64,000 nucleotides of DNA, from positions 124,868,001 through 124,932,000 of the forward strand of contig OX597818.1 in NCBI GenBank assembly GCA_951406725.2. Reading direction: 5' to 3'. The notes under the pieces were generated by a model. The model made no database searches and was not told the DNA's origin. It worked only from the letters and a program-made list of their open reading frames with translations. A program made the position numbers and the translations under genes. Positions within the stretch are counted from its first letter, which is position 1. Every line of letters starts with the position of its first letter. Below are positions 50,416-61,703 of this stretch, in pieces. This stretch comes from Octopus vulgaris (lineage: Eukaryota).

Positions 50416-50464
50416 GGTATTGATGGTGGTAACATCAGAAGTCTGAATAGTGTGTGTATGGCAG

Positions 50465-50820
50465 TTCATCGATGCTTCTACAACGGCGCTTAAGGTGGTT
50501 CGGTAATGCATCCCAGCGTCCAGAGGGTGAGCTGATTCGCAATGTCCTCCTCTCACCTGCACTTCCCGACTGGCACAAATGCACGGGCGGGCAGCTGAAG
50601 ACCTGGGTAACGACGATAAAGGAGGACCTCTCCAAACTCTCAGGTCTGCAGGTGGTCAGTCTGCACAGATGGAACTGCGAATGGCTCGCTATCTCCAGTG
50701 ACCTTGCACAGGATCGTCGAGTGTGGGCCACCATGGTTCGTGATGCCGTCAGGACCAGAGAAGTCAGCTCAACCCACCCTGGGTGAACGCCATCACAAGT
50801 GCAAGTACAAGTAAGTAAAG
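50465..50820 (+). mobile_element. RTE LINE 3' fragment with (CAAGTA)n tail
   Basis: QRRLRWFGNASQRPEGELIRNVLL...GGQLKTWVTTIKEDL...LAQDRRVWATMVRDAV. Confidence 0.85.
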
Positions 50821-51139
50821 TATGGCAGTTGTGGTGGTACTGGTGATGGTGATAGTTGAAAACAATCAACAGAAGTTTAGACAGAAAAAAATTTGTACTG
50901 ACCCCGAATGAGAAGACATAAGATGTTTATCATGCAGCTTTGCAATAAGTTCCAAGTCAACAAATTATATCATTGTTTTGATGAAAATTGTTCATTGCTT
51001 GAAAAATATTGGTCAAGTTTAATAAAATTTAACATGAACTCAACGCATGAAGTGTCATTGTTTGGGCCAAAGGCCCAATGAAGAAGAGCCCACCACAGGA
51101 AGCTAGCTTAAAAGTCATCCTATTAGGTAGCTTTTTAGT

Positions 51140-51481
51140 ATCATCATCATCATCGTTTAGCGTCCGTTTTCCATGCTAGCATGGGTTGGACGGTTCAACT
51201 GGGGTCTGTGAAGCCAGAAGGCTGCATCAGGCCCAGTCTGATCTGGCAGTGTTTCTACGGCTGGATGCCCTTCCTAACGCCAACCACTCCGTGAGTGTAG
51301 TGGGTGCTTTTTACGTGCCAGCCGCACAGGAGCCAGACGGAGCTGGCAAACGGCCACGAACGGATAGTGCTTTTACGTGCCACTGGCACGGGGGCCAGGC
51401 GAGGCTGGCAACGGACACGAACGGATGGTGCTTTTACGTGCCACCGGCACAGAGGCCAGTCGGGGCGGCGCTGGCAACGGC

Positions 51482-51482
<1 letters not shown>
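51140..51482 (-). mobile_element. Family C element with GC-rich tandem units
   Basis: Closely similar to 27071-27495. Confidence 0.85.
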
Positions 51483-51544
<62 letters not shown>

Positions 51545-52091
51545 TCCAGCCTCGTCTGCACCTTGTCGGTGGCACATAAATATATATGGAAGGGCATCCA
51601 TACTGCCACATCTGACTGGCCTGGTGCAGCCCGGCTTCCCAGACACACACACACAGACACATATATATGATGATATATATACACACACACACAGCTTCTT
51701 TCAGTTTCCCTCTACCAAATCATCTCACAAGGTTTTGGTCAGCCCAAGGCGATACTAGAAGACACTCACCCAAGGTGCTGCACAGTGGGACTGAACCAGG
51801 AACCAAGTGGTTGGGAAGCAAGCTTCTTACCACACAGCCACACCTGTACCTGTGTGTAGAGTTCTTTATCTTCAGTTTTCATTAATGAGTCACAATAAAT
51901 TGGAAAACGGATGCCAAATCTATATTTAATGATGTGGTGCTGTGTTGTGAGGTTGCATCATGTAGCACGGTGTAGTTTTATGTACTGTGGCATTGCATTA
52001 TACAGTGTGGTGTCACATTATGCAGTGTTGTGTTGCATTATCTGTGGGGGGGGGGTCTATTACCCCAGAAGGCACTTTTAATCAGATATAT

Positions 52092-52308
52092 ATTTCTTTA
52101 CTGCCCACAATGGGCTAAACATAGAGGGGACAAACAAGGACAAAGGAATTACAATGACCCCAGTTGCAAAACTGGTACTTTATTTATTGACTCCGAAAGG
52201 ATGAAAGGCAAAGTCGACCTCGGTGGAATTTGAACTCAGAACATAACGACAGACGAAATACTGCTAAACATTTCGCCCGGCGTGCTAACAATTCTGCCAG
52301 CTCGCCAC
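52092..52308 (-). mobile_element. SINE family B with TSD
   Basis: CTTTTAATCAGATATA on both sides (about 52075-52090 and 52313-52328). Confidence 0.85.
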
Positions 52309-52791
52309 CTTTCTTTTAATCAGATATAATCTTTATCCACCTTGTAAGCGTTTACTAATTTTTTTGTTAATCCTGACTGAGTAGACCTATTATGATCAAA
52401 GGTGTTCCAACCATAGCCATCTCATCCTTTCTTTTTTTTTTTTATTTATCATGGTCAGACAGGGTCGATTTGAGGTTGAAAAATAACACCCATCAAATCA
52501 CAAAGAGGCAGAAAGTGATAAAAAAAGATATATCACTGATTCAGAAGGAACAACAGACTAGTTCAATGGTTCCCTTGGGGCTGGTGGAAAGATCAGGAGG
52601 GACACGAGAGTGAAGAAAAGGTGGGCGATAATGGGGTGACCAAAAAGGGTCATTGGATGTAACAAAAAAAAAAATGGGTTAATTTGGTTAAGTTTTGTGA
52701 AATGCAGTTGTTTTGAAGTTGCTTGAGAAAGTGGTGTATGCTAGTGATGGTGAGTGGAGAGAAGGGGTGCTAGGAAAGTGGTCTGGGTGTA

Positions 52792-52985
52792 AATAAATAA
52801 ATAAAGAAAGAAAGAAGGAAAGAAAGAAGGAAAGAAAGAAGGAAAGAAAGAAAGAAGGAAAGAAGGAAGGAAAGAAAGAAAGAAAGAAAGAAGGAAAGAA
52901 GGAAAGAAAGAAAGAAAGAAAGAAAGAAAGAAGGAAGGAAAGAAGGAAGGAAAGAAGGAAAGAAAGAAAGAAAGACAGAAAGAAG
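52792..52985. repeat. (GAAA/GGAA)n microsatellite
   Basis: Directly visible. Confidence 0.95.
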
Positions 52986-53734
52986 CAGCAGCAGCAAGGA
53001 CTTAAGACTCAATGAAAGATGGTGCAAGTCCTAAACATACATTAGTGTCGAATTTTAAGTCAGCTCTGACTAAGTAGATCTATGATCAAAATGTGTGCCA
53101 GCTTTTTTACCAAGCATTAGAGAGCAGTGGGTAATAGAAAAGGAAGATCCAAGACTGCCAAGGGCCTCTCCTGGGATGCAGTCATATTGGTTTTTGATGG
53201 TGTATAAAAAAAAAAAAACTAATAAAGCTTTCATTTTTTAAAAAGCAAGTATGATGAAATTTGCAAGGGATTTGTCTGTTATTACTTGCAAGTCAACTGC
53301 TAACAGAAACAGATTCATGTTGACCCCCTGATATTGTGTTATTGTTATGAAATCAACTGCTATAGTTGTTTAACCCAAAGATCAAAGACATTTCGGTCCA
53401 TAATTGTCTAATGTCCTTTCCTTTTTAAGACTGTAGGATGCAATATCAAATGAAATTTCACTGCTAATTCTAGCAGGTTGAGCAACCGCATACAGGCAAA
53501 CTTCCTAGTTTATTGCAGTAGGTGGTGAAGCTGGGTGTTTTTTTTTTGTTTTGTTTCTTTTCATTTTTTACTGTTTAGTCAGAGAAAGAAAAGTAACCCA
53601 ACCCTTTTATTTTTTCTTAACCAGGGCCTCCCTCCAAAACTAACAGAAGAAAAAAAAAAACTATCTTTAAACCAGAGACTTGGCCCATATCCTTGCAACA
53701 GAGTGAACTCTGAAACCACCACCCGAGGACTATA

Positions 53735-54210
53735 CCTCGCCAACTCGCTACCTATATTCTGCCAACTTTCTTGCCTATACTTTGCAAACTTTCTTGCCTA
53801 TACTTTGCAAACTTGCTTGCCTATACTTTGCAAACTTGCTTGCCTATACTTTGCAAATTTGCTTGCCTATACTTTGCAAACTTGCTTGCCTATACTTTGC
53901 AAACTTGCTGCCTATATTCTACCAACTTGCTTGCCTATACTTTGCAAACTTGCTACCTATATTCTACCAACTTGCTTGCCTATACTTTGCAAACTTGCTT
54001 GCCTATACTTTGCAAACTTGCTGCCTATACTTTGCAAACTTGCTGCCTATACTTTGCAAACTTGCTGCCTATACTTTGCAAACTTGCTTGCCTATACTTT
54101 GCAAACTTGCTTGCTTATACTTTGCAAACTTGCTGCCTATACTTTGCAAACTTGCTGCCTATACTTTGCAAACTTGCTGCCTATACTTTGCAAACTTGCT
54201 GGCTATACTC
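53735..54210. repeat. Minisatellite, ~20 units of 21-22 bp, GCCTATACTTTGCAAACTTGCT(T)
   Basis: Head-to-tail units without spacers; variant unit CCTATATTCTACCAACTTGCT. Confidence 0.95.
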
Positions 54211-56234
54211 GTCACTCAATTCACTACCAATTTGTTGCTTTGTTTATGTTGTCAATAGTAATGGAGACTTAGCTACTATTTCTACAAGGATGGGCAACTA
54301 CATAAAATCTCCTACTTGATAGCTTGAAAGTAGATTGCAGAAATGATACGAGGGGGTGGAGCCAACAATTCCTGAAGAACAGAACCAATTGCAATAGTGG
54401 TTGATAGAGGAAATGGAAAGAGAAAACAGCATTGCAACAGATTAGATTTTAAAGGGATTTCAATAACAAATGGGTTTGTCTGTTTTTATTTTTATTTTTC
54501 CCCCCTTTTTTTTTTATATTCTGAATGAAGATAAAGATGCCATAAATTGAAAGAGTAATGCCAACCCAGCTACATAAGAGAGCAATATTCCAAAATGAAA
54601 CATATTTTAGGTTTTATAAAGGAGTTATTTGAAAAGCCTCAGAAGCTTTGCAAGCTAACAATAAAATAAAAGTAATAATAAATAAATGCTTTTCTTTTTT
54701 CCCTCCTTCTTTAAATATATATCAGCTTCTTAAGCCATGTCTGAAAGATCATAACCCAATGATCATAAGTTTAAAATAACTGATGCTAATGATGCAGTGC
54801 ACTGCACCACTGAATAAAACCAATTACATTAATTGCAGCATTCAATTAGAGATGATTGGTTAAGATGGTTAACATCTCTGACTTGCAAGGTCTTCTTATA
54901 CCAATATATGAAAGATAAAAAAAAAAATAACAAGAACATGTAAAGTCCAGTAGTAATAACGGAAGTGAACAAATATTATACAGATACAAATTTGGCACAA
55001 ACAAACCCTAAGAGCCATTCACTGGAAGTACAAAGTTACACCTACTACTACTACTATCACAACCATGCATTACATAGGCACAAGGCCAGAAATCGAGAAG
55101 GCATGGAGTTAATTATATCAACCCTGGTACTCAGGTGGAACTTTATTTGATCAACTGGCAAAGAGTTGAAAGGCAAAGTTGATTTTGGCAGGATCGGAAC
55201 TCAGAATGTGAAGAGCCAAAACAAATACTACAAGATTCTAGCAATTCCACCAATTCACTAGCCAGGTCTGTCCTACTTGCAATAGTAGCTGTTCAACAAC
55301 TCTACCAGTCAGTAATGCTCAGGCACTGGTTGAGTGTGTGCTGAATAGTTTGTCTTGTTTGTAACATGGACAGGTCTTGCTGACTACTTTTGTGCCTGTA
55401 GTGTCTATTTTGAACCAGCAATGCCCCCTCATAGCACTGCCAGGCCAGGGATTTTTGAAATTATCCACAGGCCTGGAGCAAAAGTCTTCAGGCACAGACC
55501 AGCCAGTTGATTTTCATCAGCACCAAGTTTCCCCACCTGCCACATTCTCCAACTGGTAGAAAGCTGCAAACACTTAACATTCCAAATGTCAAGTACCCTG
55601 ACTTGGTATTTGTTTCACCCAGAACTGTAGCTCTGTCAAAGAAGTGAGCAGTGAAAAAATGCACCTGACAAATAATAATTCCGGTTGTATGGTAGTAGAA
55701 GGACCAATTAACTACTTAAACAGTCTGTGTAAATGTATGAATTTGAGGAACCAACCAACCCATGCTAATCTGGAAGAATCCATGTGAAATGTGCACTTTT
55801 TTTTTAAAAAAAAGTGGGAAAGATAATGGTACTGATAATAAAAAGTTGTTAGAGGGGTTGCACTGGAGATGGAATGATTTATAATTTGTATTCTGATACT
55901 GGTGCTGTACTATACATTGTGCTGTCCATGTCCATGACAATTCTCAAATGATCTAATGAGTCCAACTTACTATCAGTTGGATTTTGCTGAGGAAGTCTAA
56001 AGCAAATCTAAAAACTAAAGCATGTCCAGTGTTATAACTATTCTCCATCACATACTACTAGAATAATTAAAATATTAATCACTGATAGATGAAATAACTG
56101 AGGTAGACAGAGTGTATGATAGAATAATTAAGCTGAGACTAGTCTTAAATCAACGGCTACATTTATCTCTACATATGCTCAACAATGTGGACAGACCATT
56201 TTTATGAGGTCCTTTTGCAAACTACCTTGAAGAC

Positions 56235-56710
56235 AAATATGTTAGGAAAGCCAATGGATTTCATGGTATGCATGAAGATTACAGCTTCGGCTCTAGAAAT
56301 GAGGAGAGAGTAAGGCTACTGGAGTTTCGTGATTCGATGATCTGCAACACATCATCATCATCATCCAGAAAAACAGTCAGCCACCTGATCACCTACCAAT
56401 GTAGAGGGCACACAAACCAGATTGACAACATTATCACCAGAAAACAGGATAGACATCATCATCATCATCATTTAACGTCCGCTTTCCATGCTAGCATGGG
56501 TTGGACATAAATGAACAACAGCTTTAAATCAATTTTCAGAGGCATCCACATCATTCTGACAGTTTCCTGTCAGAATGATGTGGATGTGTATAAATGCAAA
56601 GTCTATCCCAGGTGAGGAATGTACAACCTAACATGGGCAAAGGGCTGGAAGGACTCAGAGAAACAAACCAATATGGAAAAAAAGATATGGAAACTCAAAG
56701 ACCAAGCAAA
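56235..56710 (+). pseudogene. Degraded RTE apurinic-endonuclease-domain fragment
   Basis: GFHGMHEDYSFGSRNEERVRLLEFRDSMICNT...SHLITYQCRGHTNQIDNIITRK...NAKSIPGEEC...KIWKLKD; interrupted by a family C tail at 56455-56506. Confidence 0.75.
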
Positions 56711-57481
56711 CAGTCATTTAATAACTAATGGCTTTTCATCAATGCAAAATTAATGCCAGCAATACTTGATCTTGGAAATGAACATGGTAAAACTGTACTA
56801 TCCGGCAGTTTAATCAGAGGTCCAACTATCTTGGTTATAGACATTTTAATCATTTAATATCAATTTCATACAACAGTACAAGAGTAGAAATTTTGGATGA
56901 GGGTAGAGTAGATCAAACCCAATATTTGATAATACTTGTATTATCAGCCGAAGAGATGAAAGGCAAAGCCAAATAGCCAAAGAATTTTCTCTGGCACTTA
57001 ATCAATTCCACCAACCACTATCAATTTGACTCGTTCATTTATAATATAATTTTTTCTTTGACAAATCCACTAGTTTATAGGAAATAACAATTGATTAAAT
57101 CGATCCCAAAACACAACCTGGTATTAATTTTTATCAACCCAACCAAACAACTATTGAATGTCAGTGAACAGTCCATCAGTTCCTACAATGAGAATCCAGT
57201 TTATTTGATTACCTGAATTCTTACTTGTTAAATTAACATGTGAATGAAATTAACAGACAGCTATGAGGAATAGTCAGGCACAGATGTAGCCATGTGGTAA
57301 GTAGCTTGCTTCACAACCACATGGTTCTGGGATCAGTCCCACTGGATGGTGCCTAGGGCAAGTGTTATCAATTTTAGCCCCAGGTCAACCAAAGCTTTGG
57401 TAGACAGAAACTGAAAAAAGCTTGTCATGCTTGTATATGGTGGGCCAAAAGTCCCGCACCAAAACATTTGACATTTTACTG

Positions 57482-58085
57482 ATATTATTATTATTCAGTA
57501 GTCTTATTTTTATCACATGCTTTCACTGCACTACCGAGCCTTGGGTATGTGCCTTGGGTATGTGCTATGGTTTGTTGTGATGCTCTTATTTTTAGTGTAT
57601 TGAAAGTGTTTTATGTAGAACTAGCAGTATCGCCCGGCGTTGCTCGGGTTTGTAAGGGAAATAACTATATAAGCATTTTTAGAGATGTAACGTATAATAG
57701 CCATCTCAATATGGCTAACCACAAAGGGGGTGTTACTGTAGCTTTTTACGTTCTGAGATTTAATAATAAATTTTTAGAGAGTTACTTTCCTTATATATGC
57801 CAAAAATGCATTAAAAATGGGAAAAATTGATGGTAAATTCTTTTTAAAATCGTAGACTCATCGTAGATGCGCGCTAATACCCAGAAGGGCTCGATATGAA
57901 TCACGACTATAAGATACCCAGTTTTGGTTAAACTGCACCACAAAATGTGGGAGTAGTTAGGAATCTAAATCGTAGGAGACAGACAGCACACAACCTTACT
58001 TTTATATATAAAGATGTGTGCAATACATAGCAGTGCTATTTTCTGCATGTTATATATACTAGTAAGTCCTGGTGTTTTTATTATG
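57482..58085 (-). mobile_element. R4/Dong-clade LINE 3' end with (TAA)n tail, split by a Helitron
   Basis: Removing 57621-58014 restores minus-strand IYNMQKIALLCIAHILHKTLSIH*, like the QK.ALLGTAHILRK.L end of R4-clade ORFs. Confidence 0.7.
57621..58014 (-). mobile_element. Non-autonomous Helitron
   Basis: 5' TCTTTATATATAAAAG, 3' hairpin CCCGAGCAACGCCGGG then CTAG; inserted between A and T; termini related to 18992-19789. Confidence 0.88.
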
Positions 58086-58502
58086 ATTATTATTTATTGC
58101 ATTCATCATGTACAAATACATGCGTATTCATCATTATTTTATTTCATTTAGTTTTAGAAAAATTAAAGCATGTCCTTCACAATTTCTGAGCTTATTGAAC
58201 TTATTTTGTACATGACTTTGGTTCACACTATCCTCCACCATTAACACCTGGTGCTGGTTTGTTTGTGTCCCCATAGCTTAGTGGTTTGGCAAAAGACACT
58301 AATAGAATAAGTAGCAGGCTTAAAAAAAAATATGTACTGGGGCTGATTTGCTTGACTAAACAGTTCAAAGTGGTGCACCAGCATGGCCTCGGTTCAATGA
58401 CAGAAGCGAACGTAAGATAAAAGACATGTACCTTCAACACAATTCTCAAGTTGAATCAGAATGACACTGTATGAGAAGGCATTGACTTATAGATAGGGTC
58501 CA

Positions 58503-58960
58503 AAGAGAGAGGAGGAGATGGGGGAGAGGGAGAAGAGAGGGGAGAATGGAGAGGAGAGCAAGAGGAGGGGAGGGAGGGCGAGAGAGAGAGGAGAGGGGAT
58601 GGAGAGAGAGGAAGGAGGGGCGAGAGAGAGAGAGATATAGAGAGAGAGGAGAGGGAAAAGAGAGAGAGGAGAATGGAGAGAAGGGAGAGAGGGGGGAAGG
58701 AGAGAGAGGATGGGGAGGGCGAGAGAGAAGGGGAGAGGGAGTGGGAGAGAGAGGAGAGGGAGTGGGAGAGAGAGGAGAGGGAGGAGAGAGAGAGAGGAGG
58801 GAGGAGAGAGGAGGGAGGGAGGGCGAGAGAGAGAGAGGAGGGGTAAAGAGAAGGAGGGGGAGAGGGAGGAGAGAGATAATGAGAGAGAGGAGGGGAGGAA
58901 AAGGGGAGGGAGGGAGGGAGGAGAGGGGAAGAAGAAAGAGAGAGACAGACAAACAGACAG
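58503..58960. repeat. ~460-bp polypurine (GA-rich) tract
   Basis: Almost exclusively G/A on the plus strand. Confidence 0.95.
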
Positions 58961-59199
58961 AGTGAGGATGAAGGGCATTGATGACCTAAACAGGAATTGA
59001 ATTCAGTTTGGGGATGAATACTGCAAGGAATTCTATCCAGCGCTCAAACACTTCTGCCAATCAACAACTTTAACTGAATACCACAAGGTAATTTAGTCCA
59101 AAAACTCTCCTGGCCTAATTAAATTAATATGTCTTTCATCCTGTCAAGGAAAGATGCAATAAATTAAAATACCAATCAAACGCTAGAGTTTGATATATA

Positions 59200-59415
59200 T
59201 ATTTCTTTACTACCCACAAGGGGACAAACAAGGACAGACAAAGGGATTAAGTCGATTACATCAACCCCAGTGTGAAATTGGTACTTTATTTATCGACCCC
59301 GAAAGGATGAAAGGCAAAGTCGACCTCGGCGGAATTTGAACTCAGAACGTAACGACAGACATAATACCACTAAGAATTTCGCCCGGCGTGCTAACGTTTC
59401 TGCCAGCTCACCGCC
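59200..59415 (-). mobile_element. SINE family B
   Basis: Reverse complement of the family B consensus; GTTTGATATATA repeated on both flanks. Confidence 0.85.
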
Positions 59416-59509
59416 TAATTTGTTTGATATATAATTGAGAGTTTGATATATAATTGACTGTTTCCACCTTATCCTTACCTAAAGTTTCTGGCTTTGTCTT
59501 TTATCTTCT

Positions 59510-60015
59510 ACCTTTTACTTGTCCCAGTCATTAGACTGCGGCCAAGCTGGGGCACTGCCTTCAGGAACTTTAGTCAAACTAATCAATCCCAGCACTTATT
59601 TTCTTTTTAAGCCTGGTATTCATTCTATCAGTCTCTTTTGCTGAACCACTATGTTACAGCAACGTAGACACACCAACACCAGTTGCCAAGTAGTGGGGGG
59701 GGGGGAGACCCCAGAAACAAAGACACACACACACACATATGGCAGACTTCTTTCAGTTTCCATCTACCAAATCCACTGACAAGGCTTTGGTTGGTCCAAG
59801 GCTTATAGTAGAAGACATTTGCCCAAGGTGCTATGCAGTGGGACTGAACCCGGAACCATGTATTTGGGAAGCAAGCTTCTTACCACATGGCCATGTCTGC
59901 GCTTTGTGTCTAATTTAGAAACAGCCACTGCTCCTCACACAGTTGTGGAAGCTGCTCACTTTGATGTAGAGGAACAGGAAGTTGTAACATGCATTCCTTT
60001 TCCAAAAAGCATAAA

Positions 60016-60055
<40 letters not shown>

Positions 60056-60492
60056 TTAATTGATTACTCTTTACTCTTACTCTTTTACTTGTTTCAGTCA
60101 TTTGACTGCGGCCATGCTGAAGCACCACCTTTAGTCGAGCAAATTGACCCCGGGACTTATTCATTGTAAGCCCAGTACTTATTCTATCGGTCTCTTTTGC
60201 CGAACCGCTAGGTGACGGGGACGTAAACACACCAGCATCGGTTGTCAAGCAATGCTAGGGTGACAAACACAGACACACAAACACACACACACACACGCAT
60301 ATATATATATATATATATATACATATATACGACAGGCTTCTTTAAGTTTCCGTCTACCAAATCCACTCACAAGGCATTGGTTGGCCCGGGGCTATAGCAG
60401 AAGACACTTGCCCAAGATGCCACGCAGTGGGACTGAACCCGGAACCATGTGGTCGGTTAGCAAGCTACTTACCACACAGCCACTCCTGCACC
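59510..60492 (-). mobile_element. Two SINE family A copies (old 59510-59895; young 60067-60492)
   Basis: Both match the reverse complement of family A. Confidence 0.88.
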
Positions 60493-61482
60493 TATACATT
60501 TTTTGTTTTAAATAATAACTGCAAAACCAATTCCAACAGGGAATCCAAAAACTGAATTATGGAATCAACTCACTAAGTAACTTACCAACAGTAATGTAGC
60601 ATTATATTATAGCATTACCTCCTGCTACAACACCAACAACAACAACATGGGGAGAAAAATAAATAGCAAAAGCCTTATCCAACATTTCAACAACTGCTTC
60701 CTATACATATATATTTTTTGTTGTTTTTTTTTTTATAATGCTTACTCCAGTTAAGCAAATCATTTCTCACCCTACTTTTTCATAAATAGTATATTTCCCA
60801 CCCTATTAGGTTACAACAGATTCCATTTGACAAGATTTTGTTTTATTTCTTCTTATTTTTCAAAGAAAGGTCACTGAGAGAGGAGGGAGGCAGCAACTTT
60901 TGCTGTGAAACAAATATTTCTGAACCGAGAGAGTTTTTGGAAGAAACCAACTACCACTGCTACTACTACTGTATCAGACTGCATCTCCTTATCACAGACT
61001 CAATTCAATTCTCAGGAGTATTACACAAATAAGCTAAGCAGTGGTTTTTAAAAGTTAGCTGTATACTTTAAGGTTCCAACAGGAACAAACTGGGCTGCTT
61101 GCTCTACACTGTAAAATTAGTGTAGCTATGTTTATTTATTTCAGGAAACAGTTGAATAGTAGTGTATGGAACGACACATGCCGCAGAAGTGACATCAGCT
61201 CCTGGCAAACAGCTCAGACAAAGCAGGATTTTTCGAGGAAAGATCATTTACAGAAGAATGGTTAGTCAAATGTATTTGCCTGCATCCTGTGAGAGAGAAT
61301 GTCAACTCAGCACTTCAAGCCAACAACTGACTTATCAGTTATAAAATGGATCTCTGTTGCTTGCAGTGGACACCTCCCTAAACTCAACTAAATTGTGCTC
61401 AAGCTAAATGAGAATGTTTCTATATGACTGTTCAAGCTGCTAGATATAGCAGCCCAATCTATCTTAACCCTTTAGCATTTAA

Positions 61483-61703
61483 CCCTTTCATTACTGTATC
61501 TATTTTGAGATTCTCTGTTTTTCTCTCAATTATTTTAAATATAACAAAGAATTTAGTAAAATAACTTAGTTATCATTAAGTTAGTGTTAGGAGCATAAAT
61601 TGTGACTAAGGTTTGGTGAAAGATTTTAATTCAAAACTTATGAAAACAAGACATTTGTACTACAGAGCCAGAGCCGGTTTCAGCTGGGTTAGTAACGAAA
61701 GGG
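61483..61703. mobile_element. piggyBac-type MITE (second family) nested in the terminus of another piggyBac MITE
   Basis: TTAA|CCCTTTCATTACT ... AGTAACGAAAGGG|TTAA, inserted in CCCTTTAGCATTTAA (61468-61482); decayed relatives near 6355-6650 and 30590-30836. Confidence 0.85.

Noticed and set aside
53535-54319. Three overlapping long ORFs (245, 182, 158 aa) and a CRISPR-like look
   Set aside because: All arise from a stop-free 21-22-bp tandem unit. There are no unique spacers and no cas genes, and the context is eukaryotic.
58446-59000. Pro/Leu/Ser-rich and Arg/Glu/Gly-rich ORFs
   Set aside because: Artefacts of the polypurine tract.
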